Below, one piece after another: positions 38,366 through 53,245 of a stretch of DNA of 64,000 nt (positions are counted from its first letter, which is position 1; each line of letters starts with the position of its first letter). The stretch is taken from contig NC_087436.1 in the NCBI RefSeq assembly GCF_036321535.1, positions 27,468,001 to 27,532,000 of the forward strand. The letters run 5' to 3'. The position numbers and the translations under genes were made by a program. The notes beneath the pieces were generated by a model. The model made no database searches. It saw only the letters and a list, made by a program, of their open reading frames with translations, and had not been told where the DNA came from. Source of the DNA: Camelus dromedarius. Lineage: Eukaryota.

Positions 38366-39099
38366 ACAAATGGTAAACCACCCTTCTTTGCTAGATTCAA
38401 ATTTCACTTTTAAAACTATTTGTTATTAAGCAGTTCAATTTCAGATTAAACCATATTAGTATGCCCAGTATAATTTATTTTAAATCACATGGTTATTTGG
38501 TAGGAGACAGACTTGTTTTGGAAAATTATTTAAAACAAGTTGGGGATCTGTGCGATTTGTGTTATCTTACTATTATTAGCCATTCTATTGTCCAGTGCCA
38601 TTTTATTATACAAATTACTTTCTGATGTCTTGACATAATTTGTACATTGATGTTCATAGGAACAAAACCATTTGAGTAAAATAAAATACTGCTTGTGATG
38701 TTTGGTTTTTCATTTGATAAATTCACAATTACATAGGCTTTTAAAATTCTCTTTAGAAATCTACCACTACCATTAATAATATTTTCATAAAATGTGATTT
38801 GCTAATGTAAAAGAAAAACAGGAAAGATAATATTTCAATAAGCTCTAAGACTCAAATATTATATCAACACAGTAATGCTTTCACATGTTACTGAACAAAT
38901 ACTATTTTTACATGATGACAGCATGTTAGGCAGTTATTCCCTGAGTCATGCCAAGTACTTAATTGCTAGTCTTGTTCATTTGGACAGTCATGAGCTTTCT
39001 TATCAAATTTAACTGAAGCTGGAATATTCATGCAAGTAGTTTTTGAATAAACATAAATTTCTTTATCATAGGAATACTTAAAAGCACAAGGTTGTGTGA

Positions 39100-41700
39100 T
39101 ATTTTTCATTACATGTATTTAGCAAACTTCTCTGGAATATTTTTGCAATTTAAATTATTGGCATTAGTCTATAGGGTTTTGCTTTTCTTTTTAAATTATT
39201 GTCTTTCTCAGTTATACAATTAATTCTCATTTTAAAATTTAAAAAATGTGAGTATAAACATTTTTAGTTAAATTTTAGATTCTTTTACTTTTTACCTCCA
39301 CTAAGCTATGTTCTATTTAAATTTTAGATAATCTTTCAGAATTTTAATATATTTAAGAGTTAATTTATAAATACTAATTTAGATAGAAAAAGACTAACAA
39401 TGTATATCTATAATTTCCTATGAGTAATCTATACTCACTTAAAATAGGTTTGGGGAAAATTTTTATGTTTAAATTGATTATTCTTCAATTTTCAAATGGA
39501 TAAATAAGTCTTTGTAACAGATTCTTATATTTTTACCACTTATTGGGGACTGCAATGAATATCTTTGTATTTCTATCTTTGGAGAAAGTACAAGTATTGT
39601 TGTAGGGTAAATTCCTACAAGTTCAATGGACACATTTTAAATGTTGATGGACATTAGCCAAAAACTGTGGAAAACTGCATTTATTTAAAATTTCAAACTT
39701 ACACAAAAGCGTCCATTTTCCATACTTACACTATTTAGTCTAAACTTTATTGTATCACTTCATCTTTCTAGTGTCTTTACTTGACATAATGACCTTTTAA
39801 TTATTCTCATTTCAATTTCATGCTCCTTATATTACTCTAGCTTTCTAGAGTATCTAATTTTTATTCAGTCTAAATCAAAGTTTGAAGTAACTTTTAAAAA
39901 AAATTTTTAATAAAAATGTGCATTTTCCTTTTGAGGTCAGAATTCAAGCATTAAATATCTGACTTTTTGATCTTTCTGAAATTTTGGCAGAACTTCAACT
40001 TTATACTATCTTCTGTTTATTGTTTTATTCATTTTCTATTCTTATTGTATCAAGTAATGTGTGATTTTTCTAGAAAATTGTCCATCTATTTTTAACTTAT
40101 TGCCATAGATATACACATAATATTTTATAATTATTTTAGTATTTTCATTGTGATTATATTATTTTTCTAATTCTGATTTATATTGTCTTTTGTTTTTAAT
40201 TTCAAACTTCTTGATCCTTGAAAGTCATTACTTGAAATTTAAGAAGTATTTTTAAAGAATTAGCTTATTAGTTATACACCAGAACATTGCTTATTGGTGG
40301 AATGCACTTTCTTTAGATAGTTACATGGCTTTTTCCAAATAGTTTGATTTCACTCCATGTATTCTGCTTTTTGAGATATTCACGATCACCTTTTTTTTTT
40401 TTTAAGTACAACTCTTTTTCCTAATTCTCTTTCCTACTTAACTTCTACACAACAATTATTGCTAATTTTCATAAAGTAATCGTCACTCTAAAATGTAAAC
40501 ATGATGAGAGCAGGAATTTTCTTTCTTCTATTCAAAGCTGTTTCCCAAAGCCCAGAAGAGTATGTGGCTTATGGTAGACAGCCTAAGAATATTTGCTGAG
40601 TAAATGGATGGTTTTTTTGAGTAATTGTTATTTCCTGGTTCATTAATTTAAATTTTCACCCCCAAAATACTTTAATTTGTGGTTGTTGATCACTTACTAG
40701 TAACAGTTCATTTATTCTGATTGTTTATTAAAATTATTGAAGCCATTTAAGTATCTGTATTTCCTGTAGACACTAGACTTAGTATCTTCTCTTATGGTTT
40801 TCTGTGAAATGTTTTCCATTTTATTATTTTCTAGATAATTTGGCATTTTAGTTCTGATTGTCCTTTTGATACTATTTCCTAATTTCTATAAAGTAATTTA
40901 TAATTTGTTCCTGTTAAAAAGTTATTTGGGAAAAACTTTGATTTTTCATGAAAATAATTTCTATGGCAAGTGTATTATTATTATTATTATTGACTCCTAG
41001 CATAATTTTATCACAATCAGAATATATAGCTTGTTAATTGCTATTATTTCTGGTAAGTATATAATTAATTTTTATAAGTAGTCCACATACATAAAAAATA
41101 ATTATTCCTGGGAGGGTTAAATAAGTTATGCATATACATGTCTCTGCATTTCTTGTCTATCTTCAGTCTGTTTTATCATACAGTCTGAAAGACATACAAA
41201 CATTTTTTTCCACTATAATTGTCTAATTGTTATCATGTTGCTTGAACTTAAAAAAATAAAATCCTCTACTTCTAGGATTTTGCTATATAAGTTTAGGTGC
41301 CATTTTGCTTTGTTCATAGATATTAATGCGTGTTCTATCTTCTTCCTTAATTTTTTTAAACCTCCGTATCTCTTCCTATTTGGTTTTATTTAGTGTTTTT
41401 ATACATGAAGTCTGTATTTTATTTTTGTGACTCCAGCTTTATTTTTGTTACATTTTCCCTGTATTTGTTCATTTGTTTGTTTAATATCACCCCTATTTTC
41501 CATCTTTTACCCCCATTTTCCTTCTTATGGGCAAAATAGAGCTTAATTTGCAATATAGAGCTTGATTTGCATTTTCACTAATCTGAGGATCTCATTCTGT
41601 CTATAGAGAGACAGATGTGAAAATTTAGTGAAATAATTAATATACAGAGTTTATTGCTTTTGTTTTAATTTATGTTTAACCTACCGTCTACTTTTCTGTA
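39100..41700 (-). mobile_element. Very old, degraded L1 (minus strand)
   Basis: Long T-rich stretch with reverse L1-like motifs (tttctagaaaattgtccat, gtagggtaaattcctacaagt). Confidence 0.55.
40480..40612 (+). mobile_element. L2 3'-end fragment
   Basis: atgtaaacatgatgagagcagg...gcccagaagagtatgtggc...aatatttgctgagtaaatggatgg. Confidence 0.7.
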
Positions 41701-41849
41701 GTTACTCATTCTTTATTTTCCTTACTTTTACTGACTATACTGGTTATCTCCACAAAATAGGATTCTGAAACATATTTCAGCTCATATGTTTGAAGAATAC
41801 TGGGATGTTTTAATCCCAAGAAGGAAACGGGAACTAATAATCTATTGTA

Positions 41850-43170
41850 GCATCAGAGTTACTCAAATTATCAACAGTAGTGGTTTGGTATAAAGCACAG
41901 GTAGAGGAAAAAGCCTTTGGTGGTCAAGGACCTGTGGCACTCACTTGTTATGGGGAAAATAGAGATTATACAGATTATATCATCAGATGACTTCTTTTGA
42001 CTATAACCGTGAATATATATGAATAAAAGATAAATTGCAGGCTATGGATTTCTGACTTCAAAACACAAATGAAAAATTAGAAGCCTTCAATGACAGATTT
42101 CAAGGGGTCCCTTGCTTCCTACAGTCAAAGGATCAAATCCACGGCCTAGCTTAATTACCGTGAAGTTAAAATGTTAACTTTTACAGGTCTTTCACTCTAA
42201 GGTGACTGCCCTAGTAATAAAGGAGAATTAGTATGGGAATAGTTGGAATTACATATATTAAGAGCCCCTTTTAACCTGCCTTGCCAGTGGCGGCAGTTCA
42301 TATCACCTCTTTTGAACAGTTTGCTTTCTTCATACAAAACTTGTTTTATTGCTTTTTATTGCTTCACCAAGTACATTTTCCTCTCAAGAGGATTCAGATA
42401 CTCATCAAGATCCAAATATATCATTGATACTGTTTCTAGCCTCATAACAGAAGTCCTAACGTAGCAGAAAATGCCAACATAAAACAAGAGGTACCAGGTC
42501 CACACTGGAAGTGGTGAGCCTCAACAAAGAAATACACACGGAACTTACTAATATGTATCAACAGGAGTCTGGGGAGCTTCTATTAGAATGATTTCTAAGA
42601 GTATTAGACAAAAAAGGAGAAAATATAATCTTGATTTGGACTACATATATTGACATGAGATTTAGGATTTACTATATTGCCTCATGCACAAGAGAATGGT
42701 AGACAGTCGCTGGGTTGGCTAATCATAACCTGGACTTAAAAGTCACCTAGAATCAATGGCATATTTTGGCATAAGCTGTATGAAAGAATTTGAAGGCTCA
42801 AAAATGCAGAAGTCTTGACAAAGACTATTACATTCAGTTGGATTAACCACTCCTAACCACACCATCTGGGAGGACATGGAAAACACACCTTTTGCCAAGT
42901 GATTTATATATATATTAATTGTTAAGTAACTGAATGAGCATCTGCATTTTGAAAAGCTAAGAAGGGAGTTTACAGTTTAGAAAAGATTACTGTCGGGGAG
43001 ACAAAAATGGGATTCATTTCCATTGTATCAGTGAGAATACTGCAAGCCCAAACTGGCAGAGGACAGGTGGTAACATTAATAATCAGAGAGACAGTGGGCA
43101 CAATAATGTCAGTAAGATGGAATTACAAGCAAAGTGTCTGACCAGCAGGGAAGATGTGGTGAGACTGAAA
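41850..43170 (+). mobile_element. ERVL/MaLR internal (gag-like) remnant
   Basis: ctaatatgtatcaacaggagtctgggga...ttctaagagtattagacaaaaaaggagaaaatataatcttgatt resembles ERVL gag. Confidence 0.6.
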
Positions 43171-43214
43171 AATAATTTCCATTCAGCTGACAGCTACACT
43201 AACAGCTATATTCT

Positions 43215-43615
43215 CTACGGAACAGAACAAAATATTGAGAATATCAATAATATCAGACAGGATCACTCCACAACCATGATAAAGTAAGACAAAAACAAGA
43301 TCATACCAGCAACACATCTGAACATGGGCAATTTCAACTACATTATACAGCCACAAAATAAGAAATCATCTCCTCCTTCCATCCAACATGATTGGCTACT
43401 GCTTCCAGTGAAAACTCTTATTATGCTTTGGTTCCAACTACTCGCTAGACAAAAATTATTAAGATAACCAATGAACTGTCTTGTCACCAACTCATTCTTA
43501 CTAAGATGCTCCATATTTCCTATGGTATGTTCTCTTTTGTCACAGTGAGGTGATGAATCAAATTTGTTTAATTACAGTCATGCTCCTAGTGGTCTTTGGC
43601 CCAAAGCTTTATTGG
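43215..43615 (+). mobile_element. ERV1 LTR (LTR37-like), possibly followed by internal sequence to ~45400
   Basis: cagacaggatcactcc...ccatgat...aagacaaaaacaaga...tctgaaca; ends tgctcctagtggtctttggc. Confidence 0.6.
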
Positions 43616-46600
43616 GTAGAGTTTCCAACAAAATTCAGTTTGGATACTTAACACAGCTGACAGGGCCCCTCAACCTACCAACAGTAAACAACTAACAACA
43701 TTTGAAGGTAATTAATGAAGTTTATATTAGTATGTCTCAGAGCATATTAAGTAGAACAAATTTAAGGAACTCTATTCTTAATTGTTAAAAATAGATAGGA
43801 CATTAATCCAGTTCTGCAAATATCAAAAGGGCTAATCAACAGAATTAATCATAACCTTAAGACAGTCTTTAGGGATGGCCTGTGATGTGGATTTTTTCCC
43901 GGCCCTTTCCACTCTTTGTGTGATTGCTTAATAAAGAATGGTTCTGGCATGTAAACAAATGATAGGCTGGCAGATTGCTTCACTACATGAATTTCAGCAT
44001 TTGGCCGAAAAACAGTAAGAGATTTTATATTAATTTTTAAAATACAGCTCAAGATAAAATAATGGCCACAAAAATAAAATAGTTTAATGGATCTGCTTTG
44101 GATCCCCTCCCTTAAGGGGCAACAAACAACAAAAAGAAAAAATTCTTCTTATAGGAAAACTTGCTGACATTATTAATAAAATGGCCAAAGGAAAATTGAT
44201 ATTATAGCTAGATAAAAAATAATAGAAGCTCCTAAAACTGAGGGAATATGAATGAATTCCAAGCAGAACTACAGTAGTTAAGGTCCATTGATTCTCTTAC
44301 GGCAAGAATAACTTTTCTCCTATTCTTTACACCACCTCCTCTGAATCATAAGGATACCTCAGGTGGTTGAGATAAAAATGCCCCTGAAACACTCCCCTCA
44401 CAAAACCTGTAACTGCAACTCTTAGCCCTCTCACTTGCCAACATTAAGTTCCTTCTCTGTAATACCACTCCAGAAAATTTCATAGAAAGAAAGAAACTTC
44501 TTTGGAAATATGAAAGTGAAATCAAAGCTCTTCAGAGGTTTTTTAGAAATACATGAGGACTCTTCCATACACGAATCATTAGTACATCAACTGGACCCAA
44601 ACAGAAAAGACTGAGTCCATGGAGGAAGATTTCATTCAAACGGGACTTAAAATGCTTTTCATTAGAATTTTAATATTCTATGTGGCCTGCCAAAAAGCTT
44701 CATGGATTTCTAAGATATAAACAAGCTTGAAATCTTTCATGTTTTGGTAGATCCTAACCCAAATATAACTATGCCTTCAGTAGTTCCCGTGGCCACCTGC
44801 TTTTGGTGGACTGGTAGACTTTTGTTATTCCTCAGTTTTAATTTAGATCCATATAATCAGTATTCGTTTGCCTCCTCATAGAAGAATCAACAATATTCTT
44901 GGATTGAAATGCCTCTAGGGTTTACTGCACCCTCCCCTTTATTCTATCAATTCCTTAATCAAGATCTAAGAATCTAACATTCTCTTATGACTCTTCTTTA
45001 ATATGATGCATGAATGACCTATTGCTAACTTCATAAAACAAAGTTTTATTATGGTCTCTTTTTGTTAAATACTTTATTTCAGAAAGGATGGAAAACTCAA
45101 AAGAAAAATTGAAATTCTGCTAGAAAAAAAATCAGTTTGAAATATAGTATAAGCCAAGAAGAAATATAATGTATAATCCTAAAAGATTATAAGCTATTCA
45201 AAATTTTTCTGGGTCAATGACCAAAAATTAACTTTGTAGATACTTAAGACTAGCTGATTAGTGCAGATGTTGAGTGTTAAATTTTTCTGAGGTCACATCC
45301 TCTTTATATAAGCCAATCATATTTTCTGTTAAAGAACCTCAACTCTAGAAAAATAAATAAGAAAAAGACTTTCATTTCGTAAAGAAGGTCCTACAATCAG
45401 TGGCATAGGCAGCATATTTGGCTCCTAAAAGGATCAAAAAAACCAAACCTCTAACCAAAAAAAAAAAAAACCAAAAAACTAACCTCTAAAACAAAATTAT
45501 CTTTAACAGCTATGGAGTAATAATTATAATAATGCACAAAAAAGTAATGTAGACAGTGATAATCCTATGCATAAATTTATACATGTAATAATGCCAGTAA
45601 AATTATGAAAACAAATATAAATAATGAAAATATTATTGAAAGAAAAAGTAATAATTATTCTTTTTTGCAAAGGGTAGAAGATGTATCTATATATTGGCCT
45701 GTTGCAGTAATGCAAGAAAATATTAAATTTTTTTTTTACAACCTAACTTCTGCAAGCTTGTAAACAGCATTTTAAAAATTTTATTTGCAATAGACAATCA
45801 AGCCAGAGTAATCTATGTTTTCTCATTAATTGAAATATGTTTTATAAATTTTGTTTCTCAAAGATTTCTTTCATATAAAGCAACAGATATACAAATTGGT
45901 AAAGTCTCAAACATGGAAATAAATTTGTTGGTGTTTCTAAAAATTCTATTTAATAATAAATTCCTGAAACTGCAATATTCTCCATATTTGTGCTTCTTTG
46001 GGGTTACTTCTGGCAGTTTTCAAATATCTTCTACTCAAAATTTTCTACTCAAATGGATTTACGAGAAAATATATCATACATTTACATTTGATTAAAAACT
46101 TCTGAAGATTCTTATTCTGCAAAAATAAGATTAAATGGCTGAGTAAGAATGAACTTTGATTAAAAATGAACATACATTTGATTAGCTGTTTTAGGACAAG
46201 TGTCCAGTGCTTGATGTAAATAACTGAAACATTCAAATACTAAAATTTGAATTTTTTTGGAAACTGTTAAGTCCATCTGAGTCTGTTTTTTATCTAAGTA
46301 AATTTTTCTTTCCTTATATGATATCATCATTTATCTAATGGTACTCTGGATAATTTCTGCACTCAAGAGACCATTTAAAACTTGTGTTTCACTGTGCATT
46401 ATTCAAGATTAAGTACGGCTATTGACAAATATTACTTCTGTTAGACTTCATCTAAAATTTCACATCAGAAAAAAGATACCTCAGAAAAAAAATTTACATA
46501 TAGCAGAGACTAAAATTGGAGCTGATCCTCTTGTGTCTACATTTTAAAATGGATCAGATGGGACTTCAAATACTGAAATGTTCAAAACCTATTTAAACAT

Positions 46601-47172
46601 AGCTTTGTACTGAGCACTACCCCTCATCTGAAAAAAATAATTTCACAGGTACCCTACATTTTGCTGTAGCATTTTTCATTGATGAGGTAAAACTGAAAAG
46701 AATGATTTTTTTCCTTACAAAGGTAAAAAAAATCACAAAAGAAATACTCCAAAAGAGTGACCTGCACAAAAGAATAAATGTGTTATCTTTGCTCATTTTG
46801 AATCTACTATGTAAAACTGGAATATGTAGTACTCCATAGTTGCAACTATTTGCATTAACTTCCACTAAGAATTCAATCTGATTAATGGATAAGTACTAAG
46901 ATGAACTTTCGAACTTGTCATAAATATACACACACACACATATATTTAGTATAGTCAAATTTATAATTAAATATATACTTACATTTATAAATTATTTCAT
47001 AAATATATATATTATGCCCATCAAAACCAAAACAATTATTTAGAATTTAGAGCAAAAAAAGGAATTAATTTTTTCCCCAGAAGGAATATTTTATCACTGA
47101 CATTGTTTAGAATTACTGATTCTTCCCTCTGGAACCCAAAGGCTATCCATTTTTTAGTTACTAACAGGATAC

Positions 47173-47310
47173 CTTATGCATTTGAAAGGTTCAACTCTGA
47201 TATTTGTTCTTTCCCCTTTGCAAGATAATACGACTAAATACTGCAAAAGACACTTGGTCCCATCACCAACAGGTATTCCAAATTCTCCAGCTGAGAAGTC
47301 TCTGCATGTC
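47173..47310 (-). other. Candidate 138-nt exon
   Basis: Minus strand: cctccatgtttcag|GACATGC...TGCATAAG|gtatcc; one frame open throughout (TCRDFSAGEFGIPVGDGTKCLLQYLVVLSCKGERTNIRVEPFKCI). Confidence 0.35.
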
Positions 47311-47579
47311 CTGAAACATGGAGGCTTGTTTTCTTAGAGAGGCGAAATTCTTTTAAATATTTGTGGACATGAACTTTTAAGTGTACTGTTAATAACAGGT
47401 ATAACCGTGTAACTTCAACATACTGATTCTCAAATTTATGTATTCTTATTTTTAAAAATCATTGCTTTGTCTGGACTATTGCAATTGTTTTTTGGGGACA
47501 CTTTAAGTTGAGAATTCTTAGAAATCCTCTATAAGAAGATTAAATTCAGAAGAGAGAGCAGATTCAAGATTCTCAGATT

Positions 47580-50500
47580 ATCCAAAATTATCTTAAGACA
47601 AACAAAAAATAAAACAGCATACCAAAACTTTTGCAATGCAACAAAAAATGTTCTAAGAGGGATGTTTAATAATAATAAATGCCTATGTTAAGAAAAAAGA
47701 AAAATCTCAAATATAACTTTATACCTTTCAAAATTAGAAAAAGGAAAACAAACTAAATCTTTACCTAGATTTACCAAGAAAAAAAACAGAGATGACCCAA
47801 ATGAATAAAATTATAAATGAAAGAGATATTACAACTGATACCAAAGAAATACAAAAGATCTAAGAGACTACTATGAAAAATTATATGCCAACAAATTGGG
47901 CAACTAGAGATGGATAAATTCCTAGAAATATATAATCCACGAACACCAAAACATAAAGAAACAGAAAGTCTGAACAGACCAATAACGAGTAAGGAGAATG
48001 AACCAGTAATCAAAAACCTCTCAACAGAGAAAAGCCCAGGAACAAATGGCTTCACAAGTGAATCCTACCAGACATTTAAAAAAGAATTAATGCCAATCCT
48101 TCTCAAATTCTTCTAAAATACAGAAGAGGATGGAACAATTCCACACTCATTTTACAATGTCATCATTACCTTGATATCAAAGATATACAAAGATACAAGA
48201 AATGAAAACTGCAGGCCAATATCCCCGATGAATATAGATGTTAATTCTCAACAAAGTACTAGCAAACCAAATTCAGCATCATACATCAAATTGAACAGCA
48301 TATTATTATCATACATGTTAACAGTATCATACATCAAATTGAACATATTATTGTAATTCAACTTTATACCATGATCAAGTGGGATTTATCTCTAGGATGC
48401 AAGGATGGTTCAATATATGCAAATCAATAAATGTGATACACCATTAACAGAATGAAAAATAAGAATCACATGATCATCTCAACAGATACAGAAAAAACAT
48501 TTGACAAAATTTAACTTATGATAAAAACTCTCAACAAAGAAACATACCTCAACATAAGAAAGGCCATATATGATTAGCCCACAGCTAACATAATACTCAA
48601 CTGTGAAAACTGAAAGCTTCCCCTCTAAGATTACAAATAAGACAAACAACATGCCCACTGTCACCATTCTTCACCAACACAGTACTGGATGTCCTAGCCA
48701 GAGAAACCAGGCAAGAACAAGAAATAAAAGACATCCAAATCAGAAAGAAAGAAGTAAAAGTGTCTCTGTTTATGGGTTACATCATCTTATTTAGAGAAAA
48801 TACTACTATATTTATAGAAAGTACTCCATCAACAACAAAACAAAATAAACCCAAACAGAATTAACCAACGTCAGTAAAGTTTCAGGATACAAAATCAACG
48901 TACAAAAATCAGTTGGGTTTCTTTACATTAAAAACAAAGTACCTGAAAAAGAAATACTAAGAGAAGTAAGCCACAAAGAGAAAGAAATATACCATATAAT
49001 ATCACTTATATGTGGAATCTGAAAAAAAAAGGCAAATTAACTTATTTACAAAACAGAAACAGACTCACAGACATAGAAAACAAACTCATAGTTATGGGGG
49101 AAAAGGGGGAGGGAAGAGATAAATTGGAAGTTTGAGATTTGCAGATACTAACTAATATATATAAAATAGATAGACAAGTTCATACTGTATAGCACAAGGA
49201 ACTACATTCTCTATCTTAGTAACTTATGGTGAAAAAGAATATGAAAACAAATATATGTATGTTCATATATGACTGAAGCATTACGCTGTACACCAGAAAT
49301 TGACACAACATTGTAATCTAACTATACTTCAATAAAAATATATATAAAAAGAAATAAACAACTATTTACAAGGGCATCGAAACAATACTTAGGAAAAAAT
49401 TGAACCAAGAAAGTGAAAGATCTATATACTGAAATCTATGAGACATTGATAAAAGAAATTAATAGAGATGCAAATAAATGGGAAGATACTCATGTTCATG
49501 GATCAGAATAGTTAATGTTGTTAAAATGTCCAGATTCCCCAAAACCATCTGTAGCTTCAGAACAATTCCTATCAAAATTCTAACAGTGTTTTTGTACAGA
49601 AATTTTTAAAATTCCTACAATTAGGATGGAATCACAGAAGAGCATGAAGAACCAAGGCAATCCTGAGAAAGAATAACAAAGCTGGAGGCATCACACTTCC
49701 TGGTTCCAAACTATATTACAAAGATACAGCAATCAAGATGGTATGATACTGGCATAAAACTGACATACAGACCAATGGAACAGAATTGAGAGCTCTGCTG
49801 ATGCATAATGATCAAGTAATATCTGACAAAAGATCCAAGAATACTCAATTGGGTAAGAATAGTCTATTCAATAAATGGTGTTCAGGAAACTGGATATTCA
49901 CAGGCAAAGGAATACAATTTAAACCCCATCTTACACGACTTACTCACAGAAGTTAATTTCAGATGGATTAGGGACTTAATACTAAGACCTGAAACAGTAC
50001 AGCTCCTAAGGAAGAAAAACAAAAATGCTCCTTGACATTGGTCTTGGCAATGATTTTTTAGATATGACACCAAAAGCACAAAACAACAAAAGCGAAAATT
50101 AAAAGTGGAACTGCATCAGACTAAAAAGCTTCTGCACAGCAAAATAAACCTTCAACAAAATGAAAAGGCAATCTACAGAATATGAGAAAACATTTACAAA
50201 TCATTTGTCTGATAATGGGTTAATATCCAAAATATAAGAAACTCATACAATTTATTAGCAAACCTGCCCCCCATATAATCCAATTAAAAAAATGGGCAAA
50301 ATACCGGAATAGACATTTTCCCAAAGAAACAACAATCATATAAAAAGGTATTCACTAATCATCAGGGAAATGCAAATCAAAATCAGATATGAGATATAAT
50401 CTCATGTTTTTTAGAATGGCTATTATGAAAAAAGACAAGAGATAAAAGCTGGTGAGAATGTGTCAAAAGGGGACCCTAGTACACATATCCTCTATGGAAA

Positions 50501-51248
50501 ACACTATGGAGGCTTCTCAAAAAAGTTAAAAGTAAGACTACATATGATCCAGCAATCCCACTTCCAGGCATTTATTCAATTTATTCAGAAATAAAATCAC
50601 TATCTTGTAGAAAAATCTGCACCCCCACATTCATCACAAAATTATTCACAATAACAAAAACATGGAAACAACCTAAATGTATACTGATGGATGGATAGAT
50701 AAAGAAAATTCAGCATACAAACACACACACACACACACAATGGAATATTAATTATTCATAAAAAAGAAGGAAATCCTGCCATTTGCCACAGCAGAGATGA
50801 ACCTGAGGGCATTATGCCAAGTAAAATAAGCCAGAGTGACAAAGAAATACTGTTGTCATCTCATTCATATGTAGAATCCAAAGAGCTGAACCATCAAACA
50901 GAGAAGATTAGTCATTGCCAGGGGCTCGGTGGCAGGGGAAATGGGGAGATACTGGCCAAAGGGTACAAACGTTTAAGAGGAATAACTTCTAGAGATCTAA
51001 TGTATATCATGGTGACTATAGTTAACAATACTGTATTGCATGCTTGGAAGTTGCTTAAAAAGTAAATCTTAAATGTTCTCACTATAACAACAACAAATGG
51101 TAATTATGTGAGGTGAAGGATGTTTTAACTAACATCGATTGCAAATATTTCACAATATATATGTGTATCAAATCATCACATTTTACATCTCACACTTACA
51201 CAATGTTAAAAGTCTATTATATACATCAATAAAGCTAGGGGGGAAAAA
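47580..51248 (+). mobile_element. 5'-truncated older L1 (L1MA-like), interrupted by a younger L1
   Basis: ORF2 remnants (MDKFLE, KSPGTNGFTSE) and L1MA-type 3'UTR ending atcaataaagctaggggggaaaaa. Confidence 0.92.
48957..49345 (+). mobile_element. Nested young L1 3' end with 11-bp TSD
   Basis: TSD aaaaagaaata at 48946-48956 and 49346-49356; ends gctgtacaccagaaattgacacaacattgtaatctaactatacttcaataaaaa. Confidence 0.92.
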
Positions 51249-52086
51249 GATTCTTGGATCAAGCAGATAATGGGACAGAGCAGACAGCTTCCACACAAAT
51301 GATAAAACAATCTTCTAAGTCGACCTGCTTATTTCCTTTTGATTTACTACTTATTATAGTTATTATTTGGTACCTCTTTGTGATGACTTTGCCTATGACA
51401 GTTGTTCTCACAAATCTTCACCATATTATTCTTCATCTCATCTGGCTTTCTTCTATCACCTAAGGAAAAGCAAAACTCTCTTCAGTTTTTCTCAGAATAT
51501 AATTTATGCTCTAAATCTTATTGATGCCCAAATTTGTCACCTTCCATGGGATTCTGATGACACAAACTTAATAGCTGTTCCTTTCACTGCTCAGAAAGTA
51601 TATTTTCTTCAACAGGTTCCTTGTGATATATATATAAATTGTCCTATCATTATTCACCCCAACCTTCAATCTTATAAAAATTGGTTTTCACCTCCACTCC
51701 TAGTCAAGAAAATACTTCCCCTGAAATAATATTAGAATTGTCAACAGAAAACAGCTCACCAGAGGAAATAAATACTGGGGCTACCCTTGCTGCTGTATCG
51801 TTTGTTCTCTTCAGAGACTTTCTAGCCTGATTTGTAGATGCTATTTATATCCACTCGGAAAGTCAGCCTGCATCCTGATACCAGTAATTGGCTTGCTCTC
51901 TTAGTAATAAACAACACTTGTACCCCTAACTCTTTCTGTGCAGATACCACATCTGATGTGAAAACCAGGCATACCTTGCCTACTGAATACATAGCCATAC
52001 TGTATATTTGGGCAATTATGAGAGCCTTTCATACATATAAAACCTATGTAATATGTTTTCCCAAAATACTCGAAGTGAGACGACTA

Positions 52087-52268
52087 CAGTCGGACCTCCT
52101 ATCCACAGGTTCCACACCTGCAGTTGGTGGAATCCGCAGATGCAGAACACTCCGATATGGAGGCCTGACTGTACTACACCATTTTATATAAGGGACATTA
52201 GTATCCGTGGATTTTAGCATTGGTGGGGGTCCTGGCACCAGTCTCCCACGGATACCTAGGGACAACTG
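52087..52268. mobile_element. TcMar-Tigger MITE (MER2-like) with TA TSD
   Basis: ta|cagtcggacctcc...ccattttatataagggac...ggatacctagggacaactg|ta. Confidence 0.85.
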
Positions 52269-53195
52269 TATCACCTGTTCAGGAGAGCTCACAGTTCACT
52301 CTTCATAAGCTACATTTTCAATGATATAGTAATATAACTGGAAAAGGCCATCCAAATTTTGTCTCTGATCCTAGGAAAAATCATTATGGTACCTCCGTTT
52401 TGGTGATCCCCAAAAAAAAAAAATTAGTTTACACTGATTAACGGGTTGTCATAAACTAGCTCATACATATCCTTTGATTCCTCTTCAAGGAAATGTGTGT
52501 GCTATATAATATTTTTACTGCACTTATGTAAATATGTCATTTCTCAAAAACAGAAGAAAACTGACTCTATGAAAGACTCAGATGGAAGTGTGGAGATGTT
52601 TCCATGATTGGGATCTGTAGTCTACGTCCTGCCTTCATAGCCCCTTACACAGACAAATAAGCTTTCCTTCTTTTAATTGCATGTAATGCGGCTGGTCAAC
52701 GCATTCTGTTCAAAGTAGCAGTAATAATGGGAGGCTGTGGTCATATCAGATAATTCCACAACTTAACGCGCTACAGAAGGAATAGAGAAGACAAATTCTT
52801 GTCCAACTAAAGACAACAACCTTCTGATCAACAAAATCTTGAAAACTGTATGGATCTGGACTAAACAGATAAATATTTTTTAGTCTGACTTTACTTGCCC
52901 TTGGCCAAAGGAGTGACTGAGAAAGCAAGAACAAAGCACCTTCAAGGATCCAGCGGGCAGTAGGAAGAAAACAGCTGGTATGCAGTGTTTCATATTGGAA
53001 ATGAGAAATTTCATAGAATATCAACGTCAGATGAGGAATCTTCATTACTGTGATGGAACAAGATCAAAAGGAGACCATTCCAAAGTCACAGCAAAAATGT
53101 CTGAAAATAGCCAGATTTAAGGGTACAAGGACACTAAAAACAAAATACCATGTAATTTCCTTCTACTTGCATTCCTTCCACTGACGATAAATTCA

Positions 53196-53197
<2 letters not shown>

Positions 53198-53242
<45 letters not shown>
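53198..53242 (+). repeat. (CA)n microsatellite, ~22 units
   Basis: Uninterrupted CA run. Confidence 0.98.

Positions 53243-53245
<3 letters not shown>

Noticed and set aside
47771..51065. ORFs in the second L1 cluster
   Set aside because: Decayed L1 sequence
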